This document shows positions 51,301-55,051 of a stretch of DNA of 64,000 nucleotides, piece by piece. The position numbers and the translations under genes are program-made. This DNA comes from Minisyncoccia bacterium (lineage in GTDB: Bacteria > Patescibacteriota > Minisyncoccia > Phycocordibacterales > UBA918): assembly GCA_046293175.1 (NCBI GenBank), contig JBKBPM010000001.1:363446-427445 (forward strand). The letters are read 5' to 3'. The notes under the pieces were generated by a model, which saw only the letters and a program-made list of their open reading frames with translations, did not search any database and was not told the origin of the DNA. Positions within the stretch are counted from its first letter, which is position 1. Each line of letters opens with the position of its first letter.

Positions 51301-52724
51301 AGATCATCGTAGTATTTAATATCAAACAAAGCTGGTATCTCAGTTCCTTCTGGATTTTTTATACTCACCCGATCAACAACAAAGGTGTTTTCGGTAAAGA
51401 TAGCTCGGAAGATACGATTGAGGAAACCTTGTTGTGGGTCGTATGAGAGCGTAAACATCGGTGACTTGCCAAGTACCTGATCGAGATCGGCATTGACAAG
51501 CTCATTGAGACTTGGTTCTTTCAAATCACGCTCGTAGCTAATGGTATCGGTTGGCGCTTTAAAATCTGAAGCTTCATAAAAGCGGCCAGAGGTGACATCA
51601 AGCCACACCCCATCTACAAACACCTCTTCAGTCTCAGTTTCGATACCTTCGTAGGCCACTTTAACGCGGAGATTTGAGAGGTCATTACTATATGGTGAAA
51701 CAGCGAGTGCTACAAGGAAATGATCACCATTGAGACTATTAGAAATTTCGCCATCCACATCAATGACAGTACCTGGGAGGTAGGTTGCACCAGCATCAAG
51801 CGAGTACGATACAACAAACCGCTGAATGGCACTACCTGGCTTAGCTTTGGCTGCCAGCGACAGGCGGAGCTGCACCGTATCAAGTACCGTACCACTGGTG
51901 AACTCTGGCAAGGCAAAATTATCAAACGTGAGTGACCGAGTCTTACAGCCGGCTTCAATCAAACATGGCGAAAGTCCAAAGAGATCCGTAGTCGATGTGG
52001 CAGTCAACTCAACCAGAGCTGATTCCTCTTCATTACTGGTAGTAGCAGCTTCACCATCTACTGCCGGCATGACAGCAGTTGTCTCTTCACCAGCTACAGG
52101 TTCAGATGTAGGTAGCGATTCTGGAGTAGGAAGTACCGTTTCTTCCACTGGTTCTGTTGGACTTTCATTTACTACCTCTTCACTCACCACTACATCATCA
52201 GAAACCGGTGTGGTTTCATCAAATTGCGCCAGCGGGTATGTCTCGGCCTTTAGTGAAGTTTCAAGTGGCGTTTCAGTCGGTGCTGGTTGTGGAGCAGGCT
52301 CTGGTGTTGGCTCTGGTTCCGAAGTGGACTCTGCCGGTGTTTCAGTTGGTTTTGGTTCAGTGGTCGGAACATCAGGAACAACACCGTCAGCTGGAGTATC
52401 AGGTGAAGGGTTTTGATTTGGTGCGTCTCCTGTTGGTGTTTGTGGTTCTGTTGGAGCGAAATATTTAAAGTAGGCAGAATTGCTGCTAGTGAAGTTTTGC
52501 AAAATACCATCACCGTCAACATCTTGAATCAAAACTTCGTTCGGATTATCAAAGCCATCTGACACAACGCCACCTGGCACTACGAGCAATTCCTCGGTGG
52601 TATAGACGGTGCGATCAATATACGAGTACGCCAAAAAGCCACTGATACAGACAAATACCAGCAGAACCCGCAAAGTGAGGCGGTTTAGCTTAGGAATTAC
52701 ATGCGACACAACTCTAGCGCCCAA
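30372..52724 (-). CDS. Giant (7450 aa) surface adhesin-like protein: 3 DUF2341-like, LamG, propeller-like, FN3-like, Gly-rich and beta-solenoid regions plus a C-terminal pilin-like module
   Basis: Uninterrupted 22.3-kb ORF; N-terminal TM; WY...W..R...DxxDIRxTxSDG...YYGN three times; IDEVSISN and IDEIRLSN LamG motifs; Y(Y/W)WRxRAxD three times; start codon uncertain (TTG 52724 or GTG 52709). Confidence 0.92.
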   Translation of the reverse strand: MGARVVSHVIPKLNRLTLRVLLVFVCISGFLAYSYIDRTVYTTEELLVVPGGVVSDGFDNPNEVLIQDVDGDGILQNFTSSNSAYFKYFAPTEPQTPTGDAPNQNPSPDTPADGVVPDVPTTEPKPTETPAESTSEPEPTPEPAPQPAPTETPLETSLKAETYPLAQFDETTPVSDDVVVSEEVVNESPTEPVEETVLPTPESLPTSEPVAGEETTAVMPAVDGEAATTSNEEESALVELTATSTTDLFGLSPCLIEAGCKTRSLTFDNFALPEFTSGTVLDTVQLRLSLAAKAKPGSAIQRFVVSYSLDAGATYLPGTVIDVDGEISNSLNGDHFLVALAVSPYSNDLSNLRVKVAYEGIETETEEVFVDGVWLDVTSGRFYEASDFKAPTDTISYERDLKEPSLNELVNADLDQVLGKSPMFTLSYDPQQGFLNRIFRAIFTENTFVVDRVSIKNPEGTEIPALFDIKYYDDLTWSMEVQQLPYTLEPGKYEVTVEVLENGEKFIDTFEFYWGLLAVNTKKSMYFPNEEVQLNLAALTDSGDTICDANLQMKIIDPKGTIYEVPVEQSGSCNANNVTDMPDYLATFTDTGEWGEYTIQLQHLNVNGEVVHKITDSFEVRDYIPFDITRTAPTRIYPPAPYKVDLNIKANRTYTGDITERVPRGFIIEGLEGATITALPQYSVITWSDITLNEGDEITLSYTFDAPDISPYMYLLGPLQMDTFHELRQWQIASDALNNIGWFKGTRTVAGTNLNEAPSPMQWSTSSIDNYYYSHSTSTNSQRVTLRQNGDYFVSVNLPVQRTDANVSRTRSGIEVRKNGIAVQEGLGRSGYIENAGAQSESSSNVAFLLTDVSANDYIEVFVENLNTIDAGDTVNVTGLASMYLEYINDTNTVFAATTTRSTATTSLNTATANALDWVETRQDSGYVHSNTVSPQNITLSATGTYMVHINIPLTGVNHTVQTNVKGQVLINGMAVPGAQFMQGYMETAATESDGDSSIHWSGIVVASSTNSVLTVTTQQEAGGGNVVVTPGFAGSIYIQKLPSTGVIALTGNYLNGTTGMNFNNSNASSSRFNTQLAYDSNAYTHSTAVNSHQITVNASGDYLLTYNGAFTGATARTNNRITVTVNGVTTTGAQTKSNFIRNQNGHAEASGNLVFLLEGVTAGQIISIQSQQEATAGQVSSTTPGTLMLWKKAALDFRPAAPTLHGVPFDNARLASTTPYFEFTASDPDGTSDIEYEFSISTSSTFATATVRVSSSDAGFYNTVSGGDTSPFTEGQKIRYQLQPSETLTDLTTYYWRVRARDVTGSGGFGDYSTTQSFTVNAADTVPNWYQTTSGQFNTNTLFGGVSNNDNVVVNSTTNTEMLIAYGDGTNNTPRYRLWGGTSWGIKQSAIPVGGTINWVRTAAGVKRDEYILVTMDQSNATYAQVYNATSSSWGNQTLITNTVSNVGRRGIAVGYESVSGDAMVVSCSNTKDPVYRIWNGSTWSATSSITTSLVNVCNHVEIASDPTSDEMILVVRDSGAAVGNNYEMLVWDGSAFGNSRVMGSVQAGQEARAGIGVKYETSGDQAIVAVTNGTGNSFIYRTWTGLDWTAPATQALQNDFEWGTLSADPNSDNMVLCYINDSARPGAIRWDGSIWTGTYNDFSTAGNSQAGRPIDCEYETVAGRSGYTLAAYSDTTNARYSVYATSSWSAPQPITGVGAGTGVFWVQTERAGDGTIVSVSHDDAVAGDEIESTYWNGTSWSTKQSIVPNPSSIAGAPFETFEMAAKRYQFTQSTVTTQPIVFSAVPNQQTWGDFTFSSTEPFGTDVTVKLKYTSTTTCDTYIPDGALAGNSAGFDSTAMPLNLTGLSTTTYSQICLEATLTTFGATSASLDDWSVAWVRKPKLVQNDFRWYTNASVFTPTDAWPVGGTDVAENTALTSAEAVSLNDVIRLRLSLEGANVTLPTSTSAFKLQYATGVSCNIATGWQDVGAVGSTTATWRGYANSIVGTDWYSASWPRRVKVTVESSLVSGNDVTNFPVYLNLDDFPAQFFDNVQSDGDDIRITTSDGVTEVPYELVSLDTGSDIGELHFRAPSLSTTTDTDFYVYYGNGAASGYSVSATYGRNNVWSNNFLAVYHLDQSPTATAPQFIDSTGNSNGTSQNMEVGDRQNGIVGRFQAIDGTNEYIDLGSSFNRSFLNSTWQIWASSTGNQGAFDGLLMTRASGETSGINIPSNTNRLGYHWRDAAATYNWTGGPTYPTSSAPFMATLTIEPTRAVMWRHSGVGVASGTNAVTHSTGTYAALDIGQDPLGGRLFTGGIDEVSISNIVRSDGWIQTTFNNKSNPTGFYAVASEEIISDGRVLPSTLLASSTFPETYEEYNPTNLNRNALLVGQNAEWDFVLQNNNAAANTSYCFRVVYADGSVLNSYDNYPRLITNAAPLEPTLIAPFDNEQMASTSPTFEFAATDELGDLVSYEVVIDDDADFSSPTLIRESNANFSQFTNLASPSERSQYSSGQTIQFIPNTGLTDGVTYWWRVRAKDDFGSNTYGNWSEAKSFTINSATVITTWYQTTGDQFNTNSLNDAITSTTTNDTGINTGFTAATTTTTEIDYDNREIGNAWGSINFNQNVTSGTIRHYVEYEVSANTFELVPDTDLPGNSSGFTSSPISIANLDTRTYNVLRITSVFSGNSTLPRLLDMTVTWSQKIEPPTLISLFDNAKTATVTPAFTFTTTDPQNDDLQYEVQISSTADFASPSTFLSGVDAGFTNVTTPADTNPYTSGNTVRYQTQTPLTNGVTYWWRARARDPGGNNSWSNYATPFSFTVDTATNVSVWYQTTGDQFATNDNVDIETVAGGAQVTSIISGAMTAYGIGTAQAPQFRTWNGSTWSSAQSAETVGAQIRWTQLKAATTRPEYALGTLGTDLDINIQIYDALTESWGNIFEIVDNATESTKRRFDIGYETVSGRLMAVACTGNDAVYAIWNGTSWSATSSIDLVKAADCEWVKLASDPTSNEMIVVFRHNNASTPDYEALVWNGSSWGNSNRFGDVSANSNEAIVIEYEESGDQAVLALPNGTVNMPWKTWNGSTWSATSTVALGNVMTWGSLKRDEGSDRMILCYMDADTDIGVLRWTGSGWGTFTEMTTTGNDNRGLPVDCEFQTTPGTAEGEVIVAYSDTVAARYQTYSVLTGTSSGEFSLDTVNNSWRIQTVRGGDSNIHMLAFDDGSNPDRYDTSRWDGVTWTARENFSTSPSITTLPFDGSLTIAAQIYPSFTSGAIRSTAINFEDGVSPRWERVRFTDTTPGLSDVLYRVYYETTPGNFVLIPDSALPGNAAGFTNSPIDLSNLDKNIYAVLKLDAELLCDSGNCPSIQDWSVEWSEGLTVSGSAFEYDQSTLVATGTVAIAVNGVLQSGKTAQIAVGTTTQQMVYSTAGTSTFTVPPGVTNVTVKAWGAGGGAGGGGTQYAGATGGGGGFVGGTLTTIPGENLTIHVGGGGGGGVTGAPPGGGGGGGATSVMRASTPLFVAGAGGGGGSVAGGISYVGVGTACAVSGASCTPTIPAGTAVDDVYIAVLHSRTNTAHTCTANCTGWTEFSSQAGSAGEGRLSVWYYRRTGAVPGNPTFGGPATESYTGRIWAYRGVTTTGNPYDVVGTNTAVTVANTVFTGTDLNATVADAMVVHVGGSMDNNTWGPGGGSCDIPTNADANFYSANANGTDNSVFLCYDNNPVGAPGQLGAPTMTQASVGADVGRYFTFALKPHSVTGTLAGAGGVGGGLVGGDGVSVTGSTAGTGGTQSTGGAIGGGNATVGSAYNGGSGSSGAGGGAGGAGGIHGGGAGGAGASSTLAAGGAGGGAGYYGGGGGASGAGIYQASAGGGGGSSYITTSGVTATSTVSGSSTSPGLPGNNTDSDYGGGAGSGGTSATSTNGGNGNPGRVVITWSTVSAAGSWSIPNVSAVAGDVITVFMQNASGTDEAVGTTVYDGSGDITGMVLSKRHLTIGSNDNTTITNAQLALYANSANEDIFFSADGGNAITLCAESTCGDARLRVLSGSTYAPGADTSVINFQNNGTFAPATSTFRISNLWNNQGTFTTGLSTIIFTATTSTQTPVNASSSLFFHNVTFGEGSGNATFSLTKPLIASGNVTMNFGTLARGTSSINIGGNLSLGANGTFSGLGTTTFDGAGSSLWGDAKSAASSTNVGNVVIDGTAKTITLSGNVGSESITIGADDTLNASGSGFNINVVRAWTNNNLFVPQSGTVTFVGTSTGVIARGTSAFNNLSFTGAGGNWSFSTSTLVLNGTLTIATGTVTLPTGTTTIAGSFLNTGGQFAHNNGEVRMTSSVAGRTITQRATNFLNAFYDLTFAGAGSWTYSESAATTTRAHRIQSGTVTMPSGTLTVGGDFAVTGSGAFAHNNGEVILLVQDANQISTNGSSFNHLRTRSGVGSWYNNSWTSRMAITISASQVAETVTDFPVYVDLATLGSAFFAGVKSDGSDIRVTTSDGVTEVPYELVSINTGSLSGELHFKAPTISNVTNTTFYIYYGNSAASAYAVTDPFGRNNVWTNGYLAVYHLDESPTASAPQYVGSTGSTTGTSNNMEVGDRVTAQVGRGQSIDGTNEFIQTTFAASMATSTWSVWMRPNGAQSAYDGVVFSRGAVTTGLGINGTAGNLGYHWNDTVATYGWNGAPTYLQNQWFMAALVVNPTTATIYRFATSGSASSSNSTTHASSTINDLKFGQDDAGGRFFSGIIDEIRLSNVARTNGWLTTEYNNQISASTFYATSSSQARFARTFTDTNATILGNFVLDTGGDTTFPTGVLSVGGSFDNNATFFNASGTVRFNSIAGAETIAAGNSNFATLEFNSAGGDFTITEAATSTVAINLITATQFTLNSGISLTASGTFSQTMSGTSTTWTGSILRLIGGDHSMHAKTFSGDVYGTLFVDGDTDVAMWNSSAATYTTNGTGSIYSQDHAGVDGDLNIYGNYIRSTGTEHWAYATDFDGTVLGSPRQVDVRVASGSSIGFTAASLNLTGTTSATTTVAALTGSFSLNATNSIVTARNFSVASTGPAGFGLLGSTTLSQFDDGYVEVTPGTSGLRIDGTTVNTNPAKQFLRVAFATTTAGTGSNVTFTGTSTSFVWFKEGTGNLYGEAFDGGDTNPGAIRFDDSSYLITVSGRVLRSDGSAALGAPVCDGVTPNVRVVVNSGSYTAQTSCNAATGAYSFSNVAFIGDPKITVYLNTNGGVTGAAVTKTPTTDITNFDVYAYQLITRHEGAVPLSIADLTLFNTASDTDLRFTATTTPSTSLTVFANNGLFVWASTTFTPGGPVTLAGNASSSAFEGSLTLATSSQFVAAGTDTHSLSGRLVVGTNATITAASSTFVFTATTTGKSITAAATQNFHNLSFTGVGGAWNITAPLSLTGDMTITAGTVTGTNNISLLNGQLTGNGTLSLGAGTTTIARTNTLGGTTPWTFANLVLGNGSMAGTTTPASAATTTVSGRLTVSAAHVYDVGATAINLTGSGTVFSVAGTYRSGTGLVTYSGANATVLGTTYYDLAIGTTVGSSTFTTSGVGILVNRNLTIGNGTASSTFTTNQSDPVLTVSGDVFVATASTLSLSDTATTTIAGSIDANGTVLANGGVVAFTGSGTHTIAMGNSPLARTRINGTGSFTVTESATSTQSFILQNHSLFRVATGTTLAVAGVFENQLGGAATDFPGTLYFYGGGNIAVNQKTTADTYSTLSVASDTRIRLWNSSATTYNALGGIYSQDHNNTNGLLHIYGTFTETTASDYWSYATDFDGASLTGSERVVTVAFASGASYNLLGGSLSVVGAANASTSINNQGSGTYNVTIGGSGTTNWNYATIRNATSTGIVFTGIPTVTDFSRVDIEVAANSGTGITVGATVLNNNPAKNFTNNSFATSSGVSAATNVTATGTAVSSWRFTNHIGSIDGEAYDNDPAGDPGYIVWDDSAALITVSGNVYSDEGVTVSPVCDGVTQNILLRVAGLTTYTASCDPGTGAYSISNVAFSPADTLTVYIDNNIRKAVTVSADPISSISNMHLYENRVIVRHENTSPLSIADMAVWDSSDDGDILFTAVDAGSDTLTLPADQKLLIWSGKTFEPNGNVTLSGGGGGGAQDGTLEAQANATWRALGTETHSIGGSFIFGPGAIFIAGQSTTTFTTTGAGRTIDVNGGPFYNVAFTGSGSWTVTDATFTTTRSFTQSAGAVTFGSGTTTIGASFNATGGSFSMPGTGLAFVSSSTGNIVRFDDATVPALYFTGAAGSWSMTDTNATTTGSFVISNTGTVTLPSGALAVGGSFTNASGTVTHNTADLYMTSAADASITTRGSDLFALRKTGVGTITITDASATFRDDVVISAGAFISATNTLSVGGSFLVTGGTFDHASGTVLFNATASGKTINASTSPFYNVQFASASGGWTWQGNATTTNNVTLTTASSFTKEAGTTLSIGGVFTNLVGGGATTWINTIISLTNSAPYTINTKSAGGDDYATLAISSADLRLWNSTVATTTLGTGASLYSQDHGAVDGTLNIYGDFTVATTSEYWSYSTDFDGAALVGPSQRAVTVRMAQNSTTTVQSGSLAILGAASASTTIGAISTGTHAFLVTGGTFNAQYYRFDALNSSGLSFSNAPTITNLSNAYYNLAVNGGTLISLTDTALNANASKIFTAVGFNAGNSWTGTNVALVGSTTNAWRFSGNYGNIGGEAFDSDIGGLCGAIRFDDSGCLLTSQTSSRWRADDGGEGAPNSEWYNFAWTYRERVRVENTTATTFATTTVRVTVPYDSAMQSDFDDLRFTSSDGLTPLDFWVDRYVASTEAVVWVEVPSLAPNAYTNLFMYFGNASSTSSSSAANTFSFSDDFEDNNITEYSGDTSLFQTDTTPVYGGAYALEAQNKSGRTTDGIFRTGNLTAQGQIIRYRQYVDISGGAADEGCALFGVQTPGTANNNYAVCLELFGTDRLSLSKNVTDNDISGTRLASTTVTYTTGWYQVEIDWQTNNRIDVYLYNPSGTLVATTSATDSSYTSGGMGFTFWVQNGAWDSYHVSDRGPINPGITFGAKQTYGGATWLSAENALGSGLPGVTRRLRIGIENSGLTVTGQTYRLQYAAKGTSPSCEAVSSGSYVAVPNQASCGSSPICMQTSTQVTDGAPTTDLLTTINGQFTPGMVVESPSNMSSALTVPADNYTELEYVITPTLNATDNYCFRVVNDATPIDFYGEVAELGLQFDPTFGTVALNNGFDISLLPGTTTRVYATGTVTDFNGVADLVNGTSTIYRSSVGPSCTPNNNNCYVSTIGNKCSFTNCSGNTCTFECYADIFFHAEATDDNGDTWLAYLEVSDTSGGYDMATPPAGVELYTVRALSVDSGINYGSLAPQDNTGSYNPTTTIANTGNVAFDIEVEGTDLSDGSSSIIPANQQKFATSTFTYAGCSVCSLLSSSTPVTLDVNLAKPTVPSPAVTTNIYWGIEVPFGVNSAPHAGINVFTPVSP

Positions 52725-52747
52725 AAAAACTTTTGGGTTACATACAG

Positions 52748-52782
52748 TATAACGCGCCGGTCGTTATGACCGGCGCGTTATA
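52748..52782. promoter_or_regulatory. Perfect 15-bp inverted repeat overlapping the -10 hexamer (TATACT, 52746-52751) of the giant gene
   Basis: tataacgcgccggtc-gttat-gaccggcgcgttata; no U-tract on the minus strand. Confidence 0.6.
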
Positions 52783-52811
52783 GCTAATTTATTGTGGATT
52801 GTTTAGCTCAC

Positions 52812-54365
52812 TTAGCGAAGAATAGTTTTTACGTCATTGATTTCCTTCTCTATCAAGGTCTCTGATACTTCGAGTGCTTGATTGAGACCCTCTACAGCTT
52901 CTTTTTCTTTCTTTGAAAGGCGTGGACGCTTCGTGATGAGATTTATCTGATCATAGATTTCATCGCGTAGCGCTGAGAAGATTTTTTCCATCTGGTCTTG
53001 AATCTCACGTGTCTCGCGACGGAGCTTATCTTCACGGAGTTTGTTCTGCTTGCGGTCATACCAAATGTAGATGAACTGCATGAGAATTGTGATGAGGAGC
53101 AACGCGGTGAAAATGTTTCGTCCAGTGAGGTAATCCCAGATGGTCGTTTCGATTTCTACTTCTGCTGGTTTGATCCACCCGGCAGTGATCTGTACAGCCA
53201 CGCGAGATTCTTTGGTGTTACCAGCCTTGTCGTGCGCTACTACTTTGACAGTATACGTACCATCTTCCAGTTCCTTAAGGAGATAGCCAATAGCTGCTTC
53301 ATCAGGACTAACTTTGATTGGTTCATTATCCGCAATCGTCATTTCGTAGTAATCGATACCAGAGGTGGTGTCGTTCGCTGCGAAATTAAGTTGTGGGAAG
53401 CCGGTCGGTGAGTTCGAGACCCGTACTTCAATAATGAAGTCTTCCGGTGGGATCGTATCAATCATGATCTTACGATTGAGGACCGCACCCCAACCGACCT
53501 GATTCTTATATTTGATACTGAGGTACTGAATACCTTCAATGACATTTTCTCGGTTCAAAGCAAATTCTTTAACCGGAGGATTTGAAATTGCTGACTTCGT
53601 GAGCTCTGGCTGATTCTCGGATGAGGTAGACAGCATCACGGCGAGTTCGTTCACATCAAACGGGATATCCCATTCAAAGAGACCATCGGTGGTTGCGTAC
53701 CAGGTTTCCGGATCAAGGAAGGTCTTTGATCCAACCTCAGGCGCCCGTGGTGGATCACCAAACACAATTGCCGCATTACTATCTTCGTTGTCATCATTAC
53801 GTGGAGGTGTTGGCGTATCGGTAGGAGTCGGTGTTAGTGTTGGAGTTGGTGGTGGGGTTGCTCCAGCCGCTACCGTAAACGATCCATTAGTACTCTTGGC
53901 ATAAACATCGGTTCCGCGACCATCTGCTGCAAGAACAGAGGCACTTGAGACCGTGAGCGCTCCGGTACCGGCAGCAACCGCCCGGAAGGTCACACTCACG
54001 AGGTTAGACTGGGCCGTAAACGGAGATGGACTACCACCACCAAAGGTAATGGTTCCGGCACTGTTTGAGTAAGTTGGCTCAGTCGTCCATAGCGAGAAAA
54101 CCGAACCGGTCTTACTGACGTTTACAACTGAGAGTACCGCCGGATCAAACTTGAGACTCGCCTCAACCGCGTTTACACTCTGACCACCAGGAGACACACG
54201 AACTGAGACGGTAAAAGTCTGGCCAGGAGTGTAGTTACCGGTACTTGGTGAAATAATCAAATCGGCAGCCTGTGCAACACTAGAGAAAAAAGCAAACAAC
54301 AGAACAGCTCCCGCCAAGGCCAATACTTTACTTATATGTGTACGTGTGGATGTAAATGAGAACAT
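52812..54365 (-). CDS. Cohesin-like domain, PT linker, Ig-like domains, TM and cytoplasmic coiled tail; paralog of 16319
   Basis: ADLIISP...SVNAVEASLKFD...SVFSLWTTEP...VLAADGRGT; DTTSGIDYYEM; tail IEKEINDV matches VQKEVSDV in 16319. Confidence 0.88.
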   Translation of the reverse strand: MFSFTSTRTHISKVLALAGAVLLFAFFSSVAQAADLIISPSTGNYTPGQTFTVSVRVSPGGQSVNAVEASLKFDPAVLSVVNVSKTGSVFSLWTTEPTYSNSAGTITFGGGSPSPFTAQSNLVSVTFRAVAAGTGALTVSSASVLAADGRGTDVYAKSTNGSFTVAAGATPPPTPTLTPTPTDTPTPPRNDDNEDSNAAIVFGDPPRAPEVGSKTFLDPETWYATTDGLFEWDIPFDVNELAVMLSTSSENQPELTKSAISNPPVKEFALNRENVIEGIQYLSIKYKNQVGWGAVLNRKIMIDTIPPEDFIIEVRVSNSPTGFPQLNFAANDTTSGIDYYEMTIADNEPIKVSPDEAAIGYLLKELEDGTYTVKVVAHDKAGNTKESRVAVQITAGWIKPAEVEIETTIWDYLTGRNIFTALLLITILMQFIYIWYDRKQNKLREDKLRRETREIQDQMEKIFSALRDEIYDQINLITKRPRLSKKEKEAVEGLNQALEVSETLIEKEINDVKTILR

Positions 54366-54392
54366 AAGAACAATTCAGGATTACGGCGAGAG

Positions 54393-54857
54393 CTATTTGG
54401 GGGGCCGGCGCTTATCGGCAGTAATCTTCAGCTTGACCCGTTCCTTCTCTTCAGGTTTTAACAGTGGCAAGATGAGAATGAGTACACCATTTTTAATCTT
54501 TGCTTCTGCCTTCTCGATATCAACACTCTCGGGCAAAATAATTCGACGGTAAAAGTCTCCCCACACACATTCTTCAGTAAAGAATGAACCGCGTGGCTTA
54601 CTCTTCGGGAAGACAATAAACTCGGGTCGGATGCGACGACCTTCGATGAGCACAATGTCAGCATCGCCTTCAATTGAGACGTGTACGTCATTCATGTCAG
54701 CACCAGCTGACTGAGCGTAGATAACGATCGTACGCTCAGTTTGAAACACATCCACATCAAGTTGCGCCACCTTGTCGACGGCAGTTTCCTCCTCACTTGA
54801 TTGCAAGGTTTGGTCAGAGCGAACTCCCCTTCCTTTGAGACGCTGTAAAAATGACAT
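54393..54857 (-). CDS. Hsp20/alpha-crystallin small heat-shock protein
   Basis: LDVDVFQT, ECVWGDFYRRIILP, AEAKIKNGVLILILP. Confidence 0.92.
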   Translation of the reverse strand: MSFLQRLKGRGVRSDQTLQSSEEETAVDKVAQLDVDVFQTERTIVIYAQSAGADMNDVHVSIEGDADIVLIEGRRIRPEFIVFPKSKPRGSFFTEECVWGDFYRRIILPESVDIEKAEAKIKNGVLILILPLLKPEEKERVKLKITADKRRPPK

Positions 54858-55051
54858 ACTAGTTCCTATACATTATATAGGTGTCAACTTGCACATGTAG
54901 AGGTTTCCCACAGTACTGCCCTATCATAGAAACAAAATTTGGTGAGGGTGATTATTGTGGTTCGTTGGTAGAGATTAGTTCGGCTTTAATAATCTCACGT
55001 GTATTAGGCAAGAGCTAGTGTCATCGTCGCAAATAATAGCTTCAATTTGAC

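Noticed and set aside
30512-52522. Many + strand and alternate-frame ORFs inside the giant gene and other large genes (e.g. 39793-40665)
   Set aside because: Shadow ORFs caused by Thr/Gly/Ser codon bias; no family motifs and fully overlapping a better-supported CDS
30372-52724. Giant protein as an autotransporter, RTX or CdiA/Rhs toxin, or intein-containing protein
   Set aside because: No C-terminal beta-barrel, GGxGxD nonapeptide array, RHS core, toxin/immunity pair or Hint motifs recognised; the inserts are adhesin-type domains
6980-52724. Diversity-generating retroelement acting on the adhesins
   Set aside because: No reverse transcriptase and no near-identical repeat pair differing only at adenines was noticed
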